Below are positions 24,940-37,368 of a stretch of 64,000 nucleotides of DNA, piece after piece. The notes beneath the pieces were generated by a model. That model did no database searches, had not been told where the DNA came from, and saw only the letters and a program-made list of their open reading frames with translations. A program made the translations under genes and the position numbers. Every line of letters starts with the position of its first letter. The stretch's first letter is position 1. The stretch is from NCBI RefSeq assembly GCF_963921235.1, contig NC_086097.1, forward strand, positions 204,664,001 through 204,728,000, read 5' to 3'. The DNA is from Mobula hypostoma (lineage: Eukaryota).

Positions 24940-25775
24940 GACAAGAGTCTGGAAATTGGAGAAACAAATCATATGTTAGAGGAACTCGGGTAGAGAAATA
25001 TCTGGCGGGGGGAAGAATTCATCAGTGATTGGACTGAGGAACAGTAAAAGATGAGGGGCAAATTGAGTCAGATAGGGGAGGGGCATGGGTGGAGTTGAAA
25101 GACAGAGACAAATACATGATAGGTGCCAAGAGACAAACAAACAGATGGTGGGGGGAGGGGAGGATGAAGGAGGAGGCTGTTAGGAGGTAATAAACATGGA
25201 TTCAATGGCTAGATCAAGTGCAACCAGGCTATTGAATTTGCAGAGCGCATGTGCTTTGTCTGAAATGGCCATCCCAAGCTTCCAGGATCAAATACTGGAC
25301 TTGTTTCACCACCATCCCTTTCATCTTTGCTATGGCTATCATGCCATATCACCTTTAGTCCAGATACTAAGCTTCAACCTGAAACATCACCAGTCCCCCT
25401 CTCCCTACAATCTGCTGTTCATCCAGAAATTTGTAATCGGATTTGTGTGGTATAATACTCATAGATGTGTAAATCAAAGACATCGTTCTCCACAGAAAAC
25501 TTTTGCAAAGAATAAACTGAATCCTGAAAGCCACACAATGTCCTTATGTTCTAAATCCACTTCCATTTCCCTCACACACTTTGTTACTCATGGTCCAGGA
25601 TACCATTTCCCTAACTATCGCAATGTAGACTAAATTCCCATTCATCTCCAACCTGGAATCATTGCATTCTGTTTCTTTAGCTTTTGCCAACTATGACCAA
25701 TGTCCAAGAATTGTGTTCCTGGTTATTTTCTCCCCTGTTTCTGTTCCAGCTTTCCTATGCCTCTGCACACCCCCC
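24940..25775. mobile_element. Penelope-like element relic with oppositely oriented halves
   Basis: pLTR-type purine-rich arm on the left. On the right, a LQPG..-like endonuclease C-terminus and a pyrimidine-rich arm. Confidence 0.5.
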
Positions 25776-25787
25776 CACCCCCGCTCC

Positions 25788-26415
25788 AAATCAGAATCAG
25801 GTTTATTATCGCCAGCATGTGTTGTGACATTTGTTAACTTGGCAGCAGTTCAATGCAATACATGATATAGAAGAAAATATGAATAAATAAATGAGTAAAT
25901 CAATTACAGAACACGTATATTGAATAGATTAAAAATCATGCAAAAACCAGAAATAATATATATTAAAAAAGTGGGGTAGTGTTCAAAGGTTCAATGTCCA
26001 TTCAGGAATTGGATGGCAGAGGGGAAGAAGCTGTTCCTGAATTGCTGAGTGTGTGCCTTCAGGCTTCTGTACCTCCTACCTGATGGTAAAAATGAGAAAA
26101 GGGCATGTCCTGGGTGCTGGATGTCCTTAATAATGAATGCTGCCTTTCTGAGACACTGCTCCTTGAAGATGTCCTGGGTACTTTGCAGGCTAGTTTCCAA
26201 GATGGAGCTGACTAAATTTACAAACCTCTGCAGTTTCTTTCGGTCCTGTGCAGTAGCCCCACGGCCCCATACCAGACAGTGATGCAGACTGTCAGAATGC
26301 TCTCCACGGTACATCTACGGAAGTTTTTGAGTGTACTTGTTGACATACCAAACCTCTTCAAACTCCTAATGAAGTATAGTCACTGTCTTGCCTTCTTTAT
26401 AACTGCATCGATCTC
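25788..26415 (-). mobile_element. Rex1 LINE 3' fragment
   Basis: ORF 25991..26314 (QDRKKLQR..HPGHALFSFLPSGRRYRSL..FFPSAI) and a (ctgatt)n tail. Confidence 0.9.
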
Positions 26416-26439
26416 ATTCTAGATTCTCAACTTCCTTTG

Positions 26440-27925
26440 TACTGAGATCCTTTCCATATCTGTTCAACTGTCAAGACAGTCACGAGGCTGTGGGACCAGA
26501 TGGCATCCCAGGGCGAGTACTTAGGATGTGCACAGCACAACTGGCAGATGTGTTTCCAGACATTTTTAATCTCTTCCTCTCCCAGTGTAGAGTGCCCTCC
26601 TGCTTCAAATTAACCACCGTTGTCCCTGTACCAAAAAAGACCAAGGTAACATGCCTGAACGACTGGTGTCCTGTCGCTCTCACCTTAACAATAATAAGCA
26701 AATGCTTTGAGAGGCTGGTCAAGGATTACATCCGCAGCTTGCTCCCACCCAAAATGGTCACCCTACAATTCATCTACTGACACAACCGATCGACAGGTGA
26801 CACAATAGCCACTGCTCTACATACTGTCCTTGCACATCTGGAGAAGGATGCTTATGTGAGAGTGCTGTTCTTGGACTACAGTTCAGCATTCAACACCATA
26901 GTTTCATCCATGCTGGACAAGAAGCTCAGAGACCTCGGCCTTGACCCTGCCTTGCACAGCTCGATCCTGGACTTCCTGACAGATCACCAGCAGGCTCCCT
27001 CACCTCCAACTCTCTGACTCTCAATACAGGAGCCCCTGGGCTGCTCCTTTACTCCCTGTATACACATGACTATATCGCCACCCATAGTTCCAATGTGCTA
27101 ATTAAATTTGCTGATGACACTACACTGATTGGCCTAATCTCAAACAATAATGAGGTGGCCTACAGCGAAGAAGTCATCACTCTGACACAGTGGTGTCAAG
27201 ATAACAACCTCTCTCTCAATGCCGCAAAAACAAAGGAGCTTGTTGTGGCCTACAGGAGGAATGGAGACGGGCTAACCCCTATTGACTTCAATGGATCTGG
27301 GATTGAGAGGGTAAACACCTTCAAGTTCCTTGGCATCCACATCACCAAGGACCTCACATGGTCTATACACACCAGCTGTGTGGTGAAAAAGGCACAACAG
27401 TGAGGAAGTTTAGTATAGGCCCCCAAATCCTAAGATCTTTCTACAGGGGCACAATTGAGAGCATCCTGACTGGCTGTATCACTGCCTGGTATGGGAACTG
27501 TACTTCCCTTAATCACAGGACTTTGCAGAGAGTGGTGCGGACAGCCCAGCACATCTGTAGTTGGGAACTTCCCATGATTCAGGACATTTACAAGGACTGG
27601 TGTGTAAAAAGGGCCTGTAGGATTCAAGCCCTCCCAACTATAATCTATGCCAACTGCTACCATCTGCGAAGTGCTTCTGCAGCATAAAGGCCAGGACCAA
27701 CATGCTCCGGGACAGCTTGTTCCACCAGGTCATCGGACTGATGAACTCATACTGACCTGAGTGTACTAGTGTACTCTATATTACATTGACCGTTCTATTT
27801 ATTATAAATGATAAGTTACTATGATTGCACAGTTAGATGGAGAAGTATCGTAAACATTTTTTACTCCTCATGTATGTGAAGGATGTAAGAAATAAAGTCA
27901 ATTCAATTCAATTCAATTCAATTCA
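26440..27925 (+). mobile_element. Rex1 LINE RT, 5'-truncated
   Basis: [38 protein letters not shown] and FYRGTIESILT. Ends in a (caatt)n tail. Confidence 0.95.
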
Positions 27926-30850
27926 AGAGCTACACCTCTAACTTCCCGAACCAACAGTTCACTTTCCTATCCCTAGCTCAGTGCACAGGAAGTTTACAAT
28001 TAATTAAGCTCTACTGCCCTCTCAGACAGCGCCAAACATCACACTTTAAGCTTTTGCATGCTACTACCTCACTCTGAATTCTCAGCTTTAGAAAGAAATT
28101 GATAAGCAGACAATTAAGGATGTTAAATAACGGAGCTTTAGTAATAAAGGTCAAACATGCAATTACAGTTGCAAGAAATAATCAACACTGATGCAGCTTG
28201 ATTCTCAAAATACCAATAAAAATCTCAGAATATCATGTAACAAAACAAAATGAGTTCTTCAGTGAACATGAGTAATGGATCTATGTATTGTGCACATTAG
28301 GCAGGTTACCATGTAACATTTAACTTGTAGTAAGCAAAAGCATAAGGCATCTGCTAGCAGTTGGAGCCTTGAATCTGGCATGTGTCTGTCACACATCAGC
28401 TGTCACATTGCAGCTGTTACTTCCCAAGTGCCATATTTCAACATGTCAGAAAAATAAAGAAAGAAAGTCAGTCATTTTCTGTTTTCTTAATATAATGGTG
28501 ATCTTTTGATTCCCCAAGGTCAACAGTTATGAATTTACAAGAACCTTGAATTATAGGGACTTAGCTCATCAATTAACCCTTAATTGACCTTTGTGGATAG
28601 CAAATCATATAACTGCAGGGAGAATGTGCACGGAAAGAAACGGCAGGGTTAATACAGCTCTTTCTGAAGAGCTAAGTGCAAGTGAGCTGCTGACTACCAA
28701 TTACATAAGAATCACATCTGGTGATCCATTAGAGACCCAAAAAAAAGTCTGTGCAGTCTGGTAGGTATCAGCATGCCTCTATTTAATGGTTATTTAGTGC
28801 TAATAAGGCTTAATATTTTCTAGCTTTGACATTTGTTTTATATGTAATTTATTCAAATAATGTCATGTCAACTTAATATTTCACTGATGGTTGCAAGTCC
28901 ATAAAAATCACGATATACTGCCATGCAGGTGTCATTTTGTTGAAACCTAAATATGCTGGTACAATTAGGATAGAACAGGATTTGATTTTGAATCTTTTAC
29001 AGTGGAAATTTCTGTTTATTCAAGCTCAGTAACTTGAAAATATTTGGTGTGAAGTACTTAATAAACATTCAGTTATACAGATAATTACATTAATTCTAAC
29101 CTTCTCCCTTTATAATATTGTCCATTAATTCTTATACTGAAACCACTACAGCTCATTATAACGGCCAATTTCTTTAAGTGTGTGTGCTAGTTATGAGTTT
29201 AAAACTTGTCTGCATGATATGCCAGGCATGCCAGTAAAAGAAAATATTGTGAGTCCGTGGAGGGCTTAATGATATTGAGGCAAATGAATCTTTGAAGATA
29301 AGTCATTTGTTGAGTTGGTCTGAAAAAATGGAACAGCAGAATGCTGATACAGCTATTGGACATCTTCATTGAGCTTGAAGTTACTGTTTAATATGGCACT
29401 CCAAGAGTGTGCTTGGCGTTGGAAGAGAGGGTTGTTTCACTCCTACCAATGACTCTGCATGACATTTCCTTCCTCTTGTCTGAACTTAGAGTAGTGGACA
29501 TCCTGTGTGGGTATGAGAACTAGGAGCATGAGAAGGCCAACTGACAGTTCAAACCTGTTGCATCATTCAGGGTGATGGCTGATCTAGAATTAGTCTCAGT
29601 GCATTTTTCTGTTTTCTCCCTAAACTCCTTTTGCTGACTCTCCACTTTGTCAACTGTGTTTCTTGCCATGCCTTATCTGTGGTCTGCTGTTAGTTCTGAA
29701 ACCAGTGGATGATGTTCAGCACTGATTACAGGCAAGCTGCATTTAGTGGTGCAGGCCACACTAAAAACTGAACGCCATGAATTACACAGAGGCAACAAAC
29801 AGCTCAAAGGTAGTTGTACTTAAGCACTGAATGTGAGGTGACAACTTTGTGAGTATCCTATACAAGCTGAAGGGCATAAATGTTAATTGAGTAACATGAT
29901 CCCAGTATGTTTTCCAGTTCTAATGGATTTCTTTAATTTGCTTCAATGGCAGCCAGAAATATTGTCATGTTTATAAAAGAAAAGTGTAGTGTGGACCTGC
30001 TGTGTTTGTTGGGACTGATTGTTTACAGTGTACATCTGCTTTCCTTTCCATTATATGTTAACGAGATTAGCAGGAACTTTGGATACAAATGGACAAGTGC
30101 AATATATGATGGGAGGTAGGAAAAATGGTAATGCTTGCAGTTCTTCCTGGAATTATGAATTATGAAGCCACGTTATTTATGCATTTGTCAAAAAACGCGA
30201 GTTAAGAACAAAATATTTATTTATTTACTTAATTTACATAAATTCTGTGGGAGGGAATTTTATTCTATATCTTAAAATTTGGAGAGTGATTTGTGAATTC
30301 TGCATGAGCATATTTTTGTTACTAGAATAGTTGCAAACGGGTTGCTGCTGGTTATTTTTGTATTTCAAATTTAAGTTATATTTTGTTATGCTTGGTCTTA
30401 ACGTATATCATTGTTCCTTCCTATTTTTGCAAAACTAACACATGGAAACCAGCTTGCTTAATACAGTTTTTTTGTGAATTATTTGAAGCAAAATAAGCCA
30501 TGAATGTACTGTATGCTGTTGAAATCCTTAATAGCATGTATTTTAACACATAGCAGGATGACAGAATTGTTAATATGCAGTGTTTTGTATTCATTTCTGT
30601 CACAGACAGACTTGAATCTATCCACCTTTGGCTGCCATTTATTTGAACACTGACTACACAAGTATTGTTTTGTATTTTTGCCCCATACCATCAGACATTG
30701 CAGCAGAATTAGGCATTCAGCCCATATTTTCTTGGATATGTAATATTTCCAGTAACTGATATCAGACAATCTGTTGAGTTAGTCCATTACAAAATATCTT
30801 GCAGTGCACATAAGCATTTACTAATGGTAATAAATTACTACTATAACAAT

Positions 30851-30960
30851 CTGATGAAAAGTCATTGACCTGAAGCAGTGCAGTGGTGTGTCCTCTCAAA
30901 ATTGCTTACTGACCTATTAAACATTTCAACATTGTGGCTTTATTTTGCATTTTCCAAAGG
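30851..30960 (+). mobile_element. Penelope pLTR relic with decayed hammerhead motif
   Basis: CTGATGA aaagtcattgacct GAAGC followed by a pLTR-type tail. Confidence 0.55.
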
Positions 30961-31630
30961 CTACTGTGTTTGTTTATAATCAAATAAACATTCTTTGAAT
31001 AAAATTTTATAATGTTCACATTATTTTAATCATTGCTGTTCGATTTTTGCTTGGGTTTTAATTTTGATATGTAGTCAAGACTTGCAGTATGGATTATGTC
31101 TTGGTATAATAATGCATAAAAGAATTGCATCCCCATGTTTTAACATAGATGGCCTTGTTAATTTCTTGTAAATAATAATATGCAAGTTGTCAGAAGGCCA
31201 AAAATGACATTGAGTAATGTGAATTAGACACATAAATGATCAAAACTAATAAAACAAATTGAGTGTGCTGACATGGAGCTGGGGATCAGTTCCAGAGGAA
31301 TGGAAGAGAAAAGCACGAAATGATATCACATTTGTATACAACCTTTGCTTGGCCACACTTGGAAGAACAATATTCAGTTCTATATACCTCTTAGAATATT
31401 GAAATGTAGAGACATTGCAGAAAAAGATTACAAAGGTGCTACCAGATTTGATCAAGAAAATTAGGGCTGGGATCCTTCTGGGAGATTAAAAAATCAAAAG
31501 GCCCCTTAAAACAATTGGATGGCTTGAAATGGTTGATGTGGAAAATTTAGGATCTATCTCTTTATACACAATAACAAAGTTTGCCAAGTAGAAGACAGTA
31601 TGGATGCACTTAGGAGAGATTTAATGCACA

Positions 31631-32323
31631 TGTAAGGGCTTTTTTTATGTCACTGCGTAGTCTAATTAAAATTATGGCTTCTTTGTTATGTTATAATTGA
31701 AAGGACTTCTTTGTTCTGTTAACTGCTGAGAAAGTCCTCCCTCTAGCAGTTTGTTTGGATCACATTACTGATAAGAAGATGTTACGAACCATTTGGGATA
31801 GTTGTTATGCTTTTAGTGTGTCTGTAGATATTGTATGCGCGGGGCTTTGGGGCAGAAGGCAGGAGAGAGAGAGACAGAGGATGGACCAGGTGCTGTGAGT
31901 CCGCTAATGGGTCGGACCCCGAGCAGGGCGTTCGACGAGGAGAGGAGACAGAGATGGACTCCTGTGGAGCGTCTGGTCGACCACCGTTGTTGGTCCCAGG
32001 CGGCCAGTTGAGGTGGGCCGAGGGGTCGCCAGGAGAAGAAGGGTCCTGAGCTCCAACTATTTGTGCACAAAGAGTTTGAACTTTGATAAGTGTGGCACCT
32101 TTTATTTCCCTTTTATATTTTATTCTCTATTAATTATATAGTTCTGGTAATATCTATAAACTGTAAATCATTTAATTGTATCTGGTGTATTGTCTGTTAT
32201 TTGGGCGGGGTGGGGTACATCACACAGCATCCACACAAACTAATTACCCAGTTTGGCGGGGCCGAGCGCTGTTTCCCTAGACAACAGTGAGCCGAGTGAC
32301 CCTGAGGCTTGCCGGGGGTCACA
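31631..32323 (+). mobile_element. Solo Gypsy LTR with perfect 4-bp TSD
   Basis: TGTAAG..GTCACA termini with TSD caca at 31627-31630 and 32324-32327. The 3' part is similar to the LTR at 3123-3672. Confidence 0.92.
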
Positions 32324-32767
32324 CACAAGTCAGGAGAATGGGAATGGTGGGATAAAAGGAGAATTAATCTGCTGCTGCATGTAGGAGGAACTCAACAAGT
32401 CAGGCAGCATCTATGGAGGAGAATAAACAGGACATTTCAGTATGAGACCTTTCAGCAGGACTGGAAAGGAGAGGGTAGAAGGCAAAATAAGGTGGGGTGG
32501 AAGGAAGTACAAACTGGCAGGTGATAAGTGAGAGCAGGTGAATGGGTGGGAGAGAGGAGGATGCAGTAAGAAGCTGGAGGTGATAAATGGAAAGTAAAGA
32601 GCTGAAGATGAAGAAATCTAATAGCAGAGGACAGTGGACTATGGAAGAAAGGGAAGGAGGAAGGGAACCAGAGGGAGGTGATATAGGTGAGAACAAAAAG
32701 GGTGAGAGGGTAAGTGGAACAGGGAATGGAGGGGAGAATAGGGCAGGGGGAAATATTACTGGAAATT

Positions 32768-35700
32768 TTACTTATTTTCAAAAGGCCTTCGATGTGTCGG
32801 TGTTTCAGTGGAGTAAAGGAAATTACAGTGGCATGAGAGAGGAACTGGCCAAAGTTGACTGGAAAGAGACACTGGCGGGAAAGACGGCAGAGCAGCAGTG
32901 GCTGGAGTTTATGCGAGAAATGAGGAATGTGCAAGACAGGTATATTCCAAAAAAGAAGAAATTTTCGAGTGGAAAAAGGATGCAACCGTGGTTGACAAGA
33001 GAAGTCAAAGCCAAAGTTAAAGCTAAGGAGAGGGCATACAAGGAAGCAAAAATTAGTGGGAAGACAGAGGATTGGGAATTTTTTTAAAACCTTACAAAAG
33101 GAAACCAAGAAGGACATTAAGAGAGAAAAGATTAACTATGAAAGGAAACTAGCAAATAATATCAGAGAGGATACTAAAAGCTTTTTCAAGTATATAAAGA
33201 GTAAAAGACAGGTGAGAGTAGATATAGGACCGATAGAAAATGATACTGGAGAAATTGTAATGGGAGATGAGGAGATGGCAGAGGAATTGAACAAGTATTT
33301 TGCATCAGTCTTCACTGAGGAAGACAGCAGGATAACGGACACTCAAGGGTGGCAGGGAAGAGAAGTGTGCGCAGTCACAATTACGACAGAGAAAGTACTC
33401 AGGAAGCTGAATAGGCTAAAGGTCGATAAATCTTCTGGACCAGATGGAATGCACCCTCGTGTTCTGAAGGAAGTAGCTGTGGAGATTGCGGAGGCATTAG
33501 CGATGATCTTTCAAAAGTCGATAGATTCTGGCATGGTTCCGGAAGACTGGAAGATTGCAAATGTCACTTCGTTATTTAAGAAGGGGGCAAGGAAGCAAAA
33601 GGGAAATTATAGACCTGTTAGCTTGACGTCGGTGGTTTGGGAAGTTGTTGGAATCAATTGTCAAGGATGAGGTTACAGAGTACCTGGAGGCATATGACAA
33701 GATAGGCAGAACTCAGCATGGATTCCTTAAAGGAAAATCCTGCCTGACAAACCTATTACAATAATTTGAGGAAATTACCAGTAGGCTAGACAAGGGAGAT
33801 GCAGTGGATGTTGTATATTTGGATTTTCAGAAGGCCTTTGACAAGGTGCCACACATGATGCTACTTAACAAGATAAGAGCCCATGGAATTACAGGAAAGT
33901 TACATACGTGGATAGAGCGTTGGCTGATTGGCAGGAAACAGAGTGGGAATAAAGGGATCTTATTCTGGTTGGCTGCCGGTTACCAGTGGTGTTCCACAGG
34001 GATCAGTGTTGGGGCCGCTTCTTTTTACATTGTACATCAACGATTTGGATTATGGAATAGATGGCTTTGTGGCTAAGTTTGCTGACGATACGAAGATAGG
34101 TGGAGGGGCTGGCAGTGCTGAGCAAACGGAGAGTCTGCAGAGAGACTTGGATAGATTGGAAGAATGGGCAGAGAAGTGGCAAATGAAGTACAATGTTGGA
34201 AAGTATATGGAGAAAAAATAAACGGGCAGACTATTATTTAAATGGGGAAAGAATTCAAAGTTCTGAGATGCAACGGGACTTGGGAGTCCTCGTACAGGAT
34301 TCCCTTAAAGTTAACCTCCAGGTTGAGTCGGTAGTGAAGAAGGCGAATGCAATGTTGGCATTCATTTCTAGAGGAATAGAGTATAGGAGCAGGGATGTGA
34401 TGTTGAGGCTCTATAAGGCACTGGTGAGACCTCACTTGGAGTACTGTGGGCAGTTTTGGTCTCCTTATTTAAGAAAGGATGTGCTGATGTTGGAGAGGGT
34501 ACGGAGAAGATTCACTAGAATGATTCTGGGAATGAGAGGGTTAACACATGAGGAACGTTTGTCCGCTCTTGGACTGTATTCCTTGGAGTTTAGAAGAATG
34601 AGGGGAGACCTCATAGAAACATTTCGAATGTTAAAAGGCATGGACAGAGTGGATGTGGCAAAGTTGTTTCCCATGATGGGGGAGTCTAGTACGAGAGGGC
34701 ATAACTTCAGGATTGAAGGGCGCCCTTTCAGAACAGAAATGCGAAGAAATTTTTTTAGTCAGATGGTGGTGAATCTATGGAATTTGTTACCACGGGCAGC
34801 AGTGGAGGCCAAGTCATTGGGTGTATTTAAGGCAGAGATTGATAGGTATCTGAGTAGCCAGGGCATCAAAGGTTATGGTGTGAAGGTGGGGCAGTGGGAC
34901 TAAAGAGGATAAAATGGATCAGCTCATGATAAAATGGCAGAGCAGACTCGATGGGCCGAATGGCCTACTTCTGCTCCTAATGGCCTACTTCTGCTCCTTT
35001 GTCTTATGGTCTTATGATAAGGTGCTGCATATGAGGCTGCTTAATAAGATGAGAGCCCATGGAATTATAGGAAAGATATTGAAATGGGTGGAGCATTGGC
35101 TGATAGGCAGAAAGCAAAGGGTGGGAATAAAGGGATCCTATTCTGATAGGTTGCCGGTTACTAGTGGTGTTCCGCAGGGGTTGGTGTTGGGGCCGCTTCT
35201 TTTTACGATGTATATTGATCATTTGGATTATGGATTAAATGGTTTTGTGGCCAAGTTTGCGGATGACACCAAGATAGGAGGAGGAGCAGGAAGTGTTGAA
35301 GAAAAGGAAAGGTTGCAGAGAGACTTAGTTAGTTTAGAAGAGTGGGCAAAGAAATGGCAGATGAGATACAACGTTGACAAATGTACGGTTGGACATTTCA
35401 GAAGAAGAAATAATCGGGCAGATTATTATTTAGATGGGGAGAAAATTCAAAAATCAGAAGTGCAAAGGGACTTGGGGTGTCTTCGTGCAGGATACCCTAT
35501 AGGTTAACCACCAAGTTGGATTGGCGGTAAGGAAGGCGAATGCTATGTTGGCATTCGTTTCAAGAGGAATAGTGTTTAAGAGTAAGGAGGTGTTGATGAG
35601 GCTCTATGGGGCATTAGTGAGACCTCATTTGGAATACTGTGTGCAGTTTTGGGTGCCCTATCTTAGAAAGGATATACTGATGTTGGAGAGAGTTCAGAGA

Positions 35701-36172
35701 AGATTTACAAGGATGATTCCTGGAATGCAGGGGCTAACATATGAGGAGTGTCTGTCGGCTCTTGGATTGTATCATTAGAGTATAGAAGAATGAGAGGGGA
35801 TCTCATAGAAACATTTCGAATGTTGAAAGGGTTGGACAGAGTAGATGTGGAAAGGTTGTTTCCCTTGGTGGGTGAGTCCAGGACAAGAGGCCATAGTCTT
35901 AGAATTAGAGGGTACCCAGTTAAAACAGAGATGAGGAGAAATTTTTTTAGCCAGAGGGTCGTGGATTTGTGGAAGTCGTTGCCACATATGGCTGTGGAGG
36001 CCCGATCATTGAGGGTGTTTAAGGAGGAGATTGACAGGTATCTAATTAGTCAGGGTATCAAGGGATATGGGGAAAAAGCCGGATGGGTGAATAGTTTAGC
36101 TCATGGGGGAGCTGCGGAGCAGACTCGATGGGCCGAATGGCCTTCTTCTGCTCCTTTGTCTTGTGATCTTGT
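32768..36172 (+). mobile_element. CR1 LINE (outer copy, 5'-truncated in RT)
   Basis: 32768-32793 (FQKAFD) continues at 35019 (KVLHMRLL..GVPQG..KFADDTK..TRGHSL). Flanked by gaaatt at 32762-32767 and 36173-36178. Confidence 0.9.
32794..35015 (+). mobile_element. CR1 LINE (inner copy) ORF2, frameshifted
   Basis: ORFs 33056..33670, 33804..34076, 33928..34221 and 34193..34903 carry the full CR1 RT motif series. (gtcttatg)2 tail. Confidence 0.96.
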
Positions 36173-37368
36173 GAAATTAGGGAAATAAATGTTCATGCCA
36201 TCTGGTTGGAAGCTATCCAGACAGAGTAGGAGGTATTGTTCCTCCAACCTGAGTAAGACCCCATCTCGGTAGCAAAGAAAGCCATGAACGAACGAGAATA
36301 GGAAGTTGAATTGAAATGGATAAACATCGGCAGATCTTGCCTTTTGTGGTGGATGGAGCTAAGGTTAACAAAGAAGTGGTTTCCCAGTCTGCAATAGGTC
36401 TCACTGATGTAGTGGAGGCTATACTTAGAGCACTGGATACAATAGGTGATCCTGACAGATCTGCATGTGAAGTGTTACCATACACAAAGGACTATTTGGG
36501 GCCCTAAGTGGAGCAACACTCCATGTTCCAACTGGATAGCCTCCAATCTGATGGCATGAACATCAATTTCTCTAACTTCCTGTAATTGCTGGCCTCCCTC
36601 TTCTCCCTTTTTCCATTTCCCATTCTGGCTCCCCCCTCACCATTTCTCCTTGCCTGCCCATCACCTCCTTCTGGTTCCCTACCCCCTTCCCTTACTTCCA
36701 TGGTCCACTGTCCTCCCCTATGAGATTCCTTCTTCATCTCTTTACCTCTTCCATCTATCTTCTCTTAGCTTCTTTCTTCTTCCACCTACCAAACCCACCC
36801 TCCTTCCTCTTCAGCTAGTCTCAGCTATCATCTTCCAGTTTATACTCCTTCTCTGCCCACCTTCTAATTGTGGCTTTTCCCCCTTCTCTTCATGTCCTGA
36901 TAAAAGATATTGGCTTAAATATTGACCGTTTCTTCCTCTCCATAGGTGTTGCCTGACTTACTGACTTTCTCCAGTATTTTTTGTGTTGCTCAATATTTCC
37001 ATCACCTAAAGAATCTCTCTTGTGTTTATAATTAATGTAGGTTGAGGTATCTGGATCAAAAGCTTGTATGGGCTGTGTACTTTCTACATTCCTGTCAGAG
37101 TCACTGCCTCAGTTATTCCATTATGTATAGTATACAATGAGGAACAACTAAGGCACAGATAATGGACACTTGGGACTTGCTCATACTTTTCCCAGTTGTC
37201 TTCTCATAGTGTATACTGTTAGAAAGTCTATTTTCATTGTTTAAAATTTGCTCAGTGATCAACTTGTAGAGGTAGTTGAAAAATACTTTAAAATATAACT
37301 TTGATAAACAGTTGCTTAATTTCACCTTTTCATTCAAGGTTGATGACTGATTGATATGAAGGGGGCCA

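Larger units (their letters stand above)
32375..37015. mobile_element. Penelope-like element relic with inverted arms, split by the CR1 insertion at 32768-36172
   Basis: Minus arm is 32375-32767 plus 36173-36505. Plus arm 36506-37015 encodes VEQHSMFQLDSLQSDGMNINFSNFL* (C-terminus of the GIY-YIG region) and a pLTR tail. Confidence 0.8.

Noticed and set aside
25196..25633. 145-aa ATG-initiated ORF
   Set aside because: It lies within decayed Penelope-like sequence and has no coherent domain or splice context.
25788..27925. Head-to-head Rex1 pieces as a twin-priming inversion
   Set aside because: Each piece has its own 3' end and a different tail ((ctgatt)n versus (caatt)n), so these are two independent insertions.
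32452..33117. 221-aa minus-strand ORF and similar antisense ORFs
   Set aside because: These are shadows of purine-rich CR1/Penelope sequence and cross insertion junctions.
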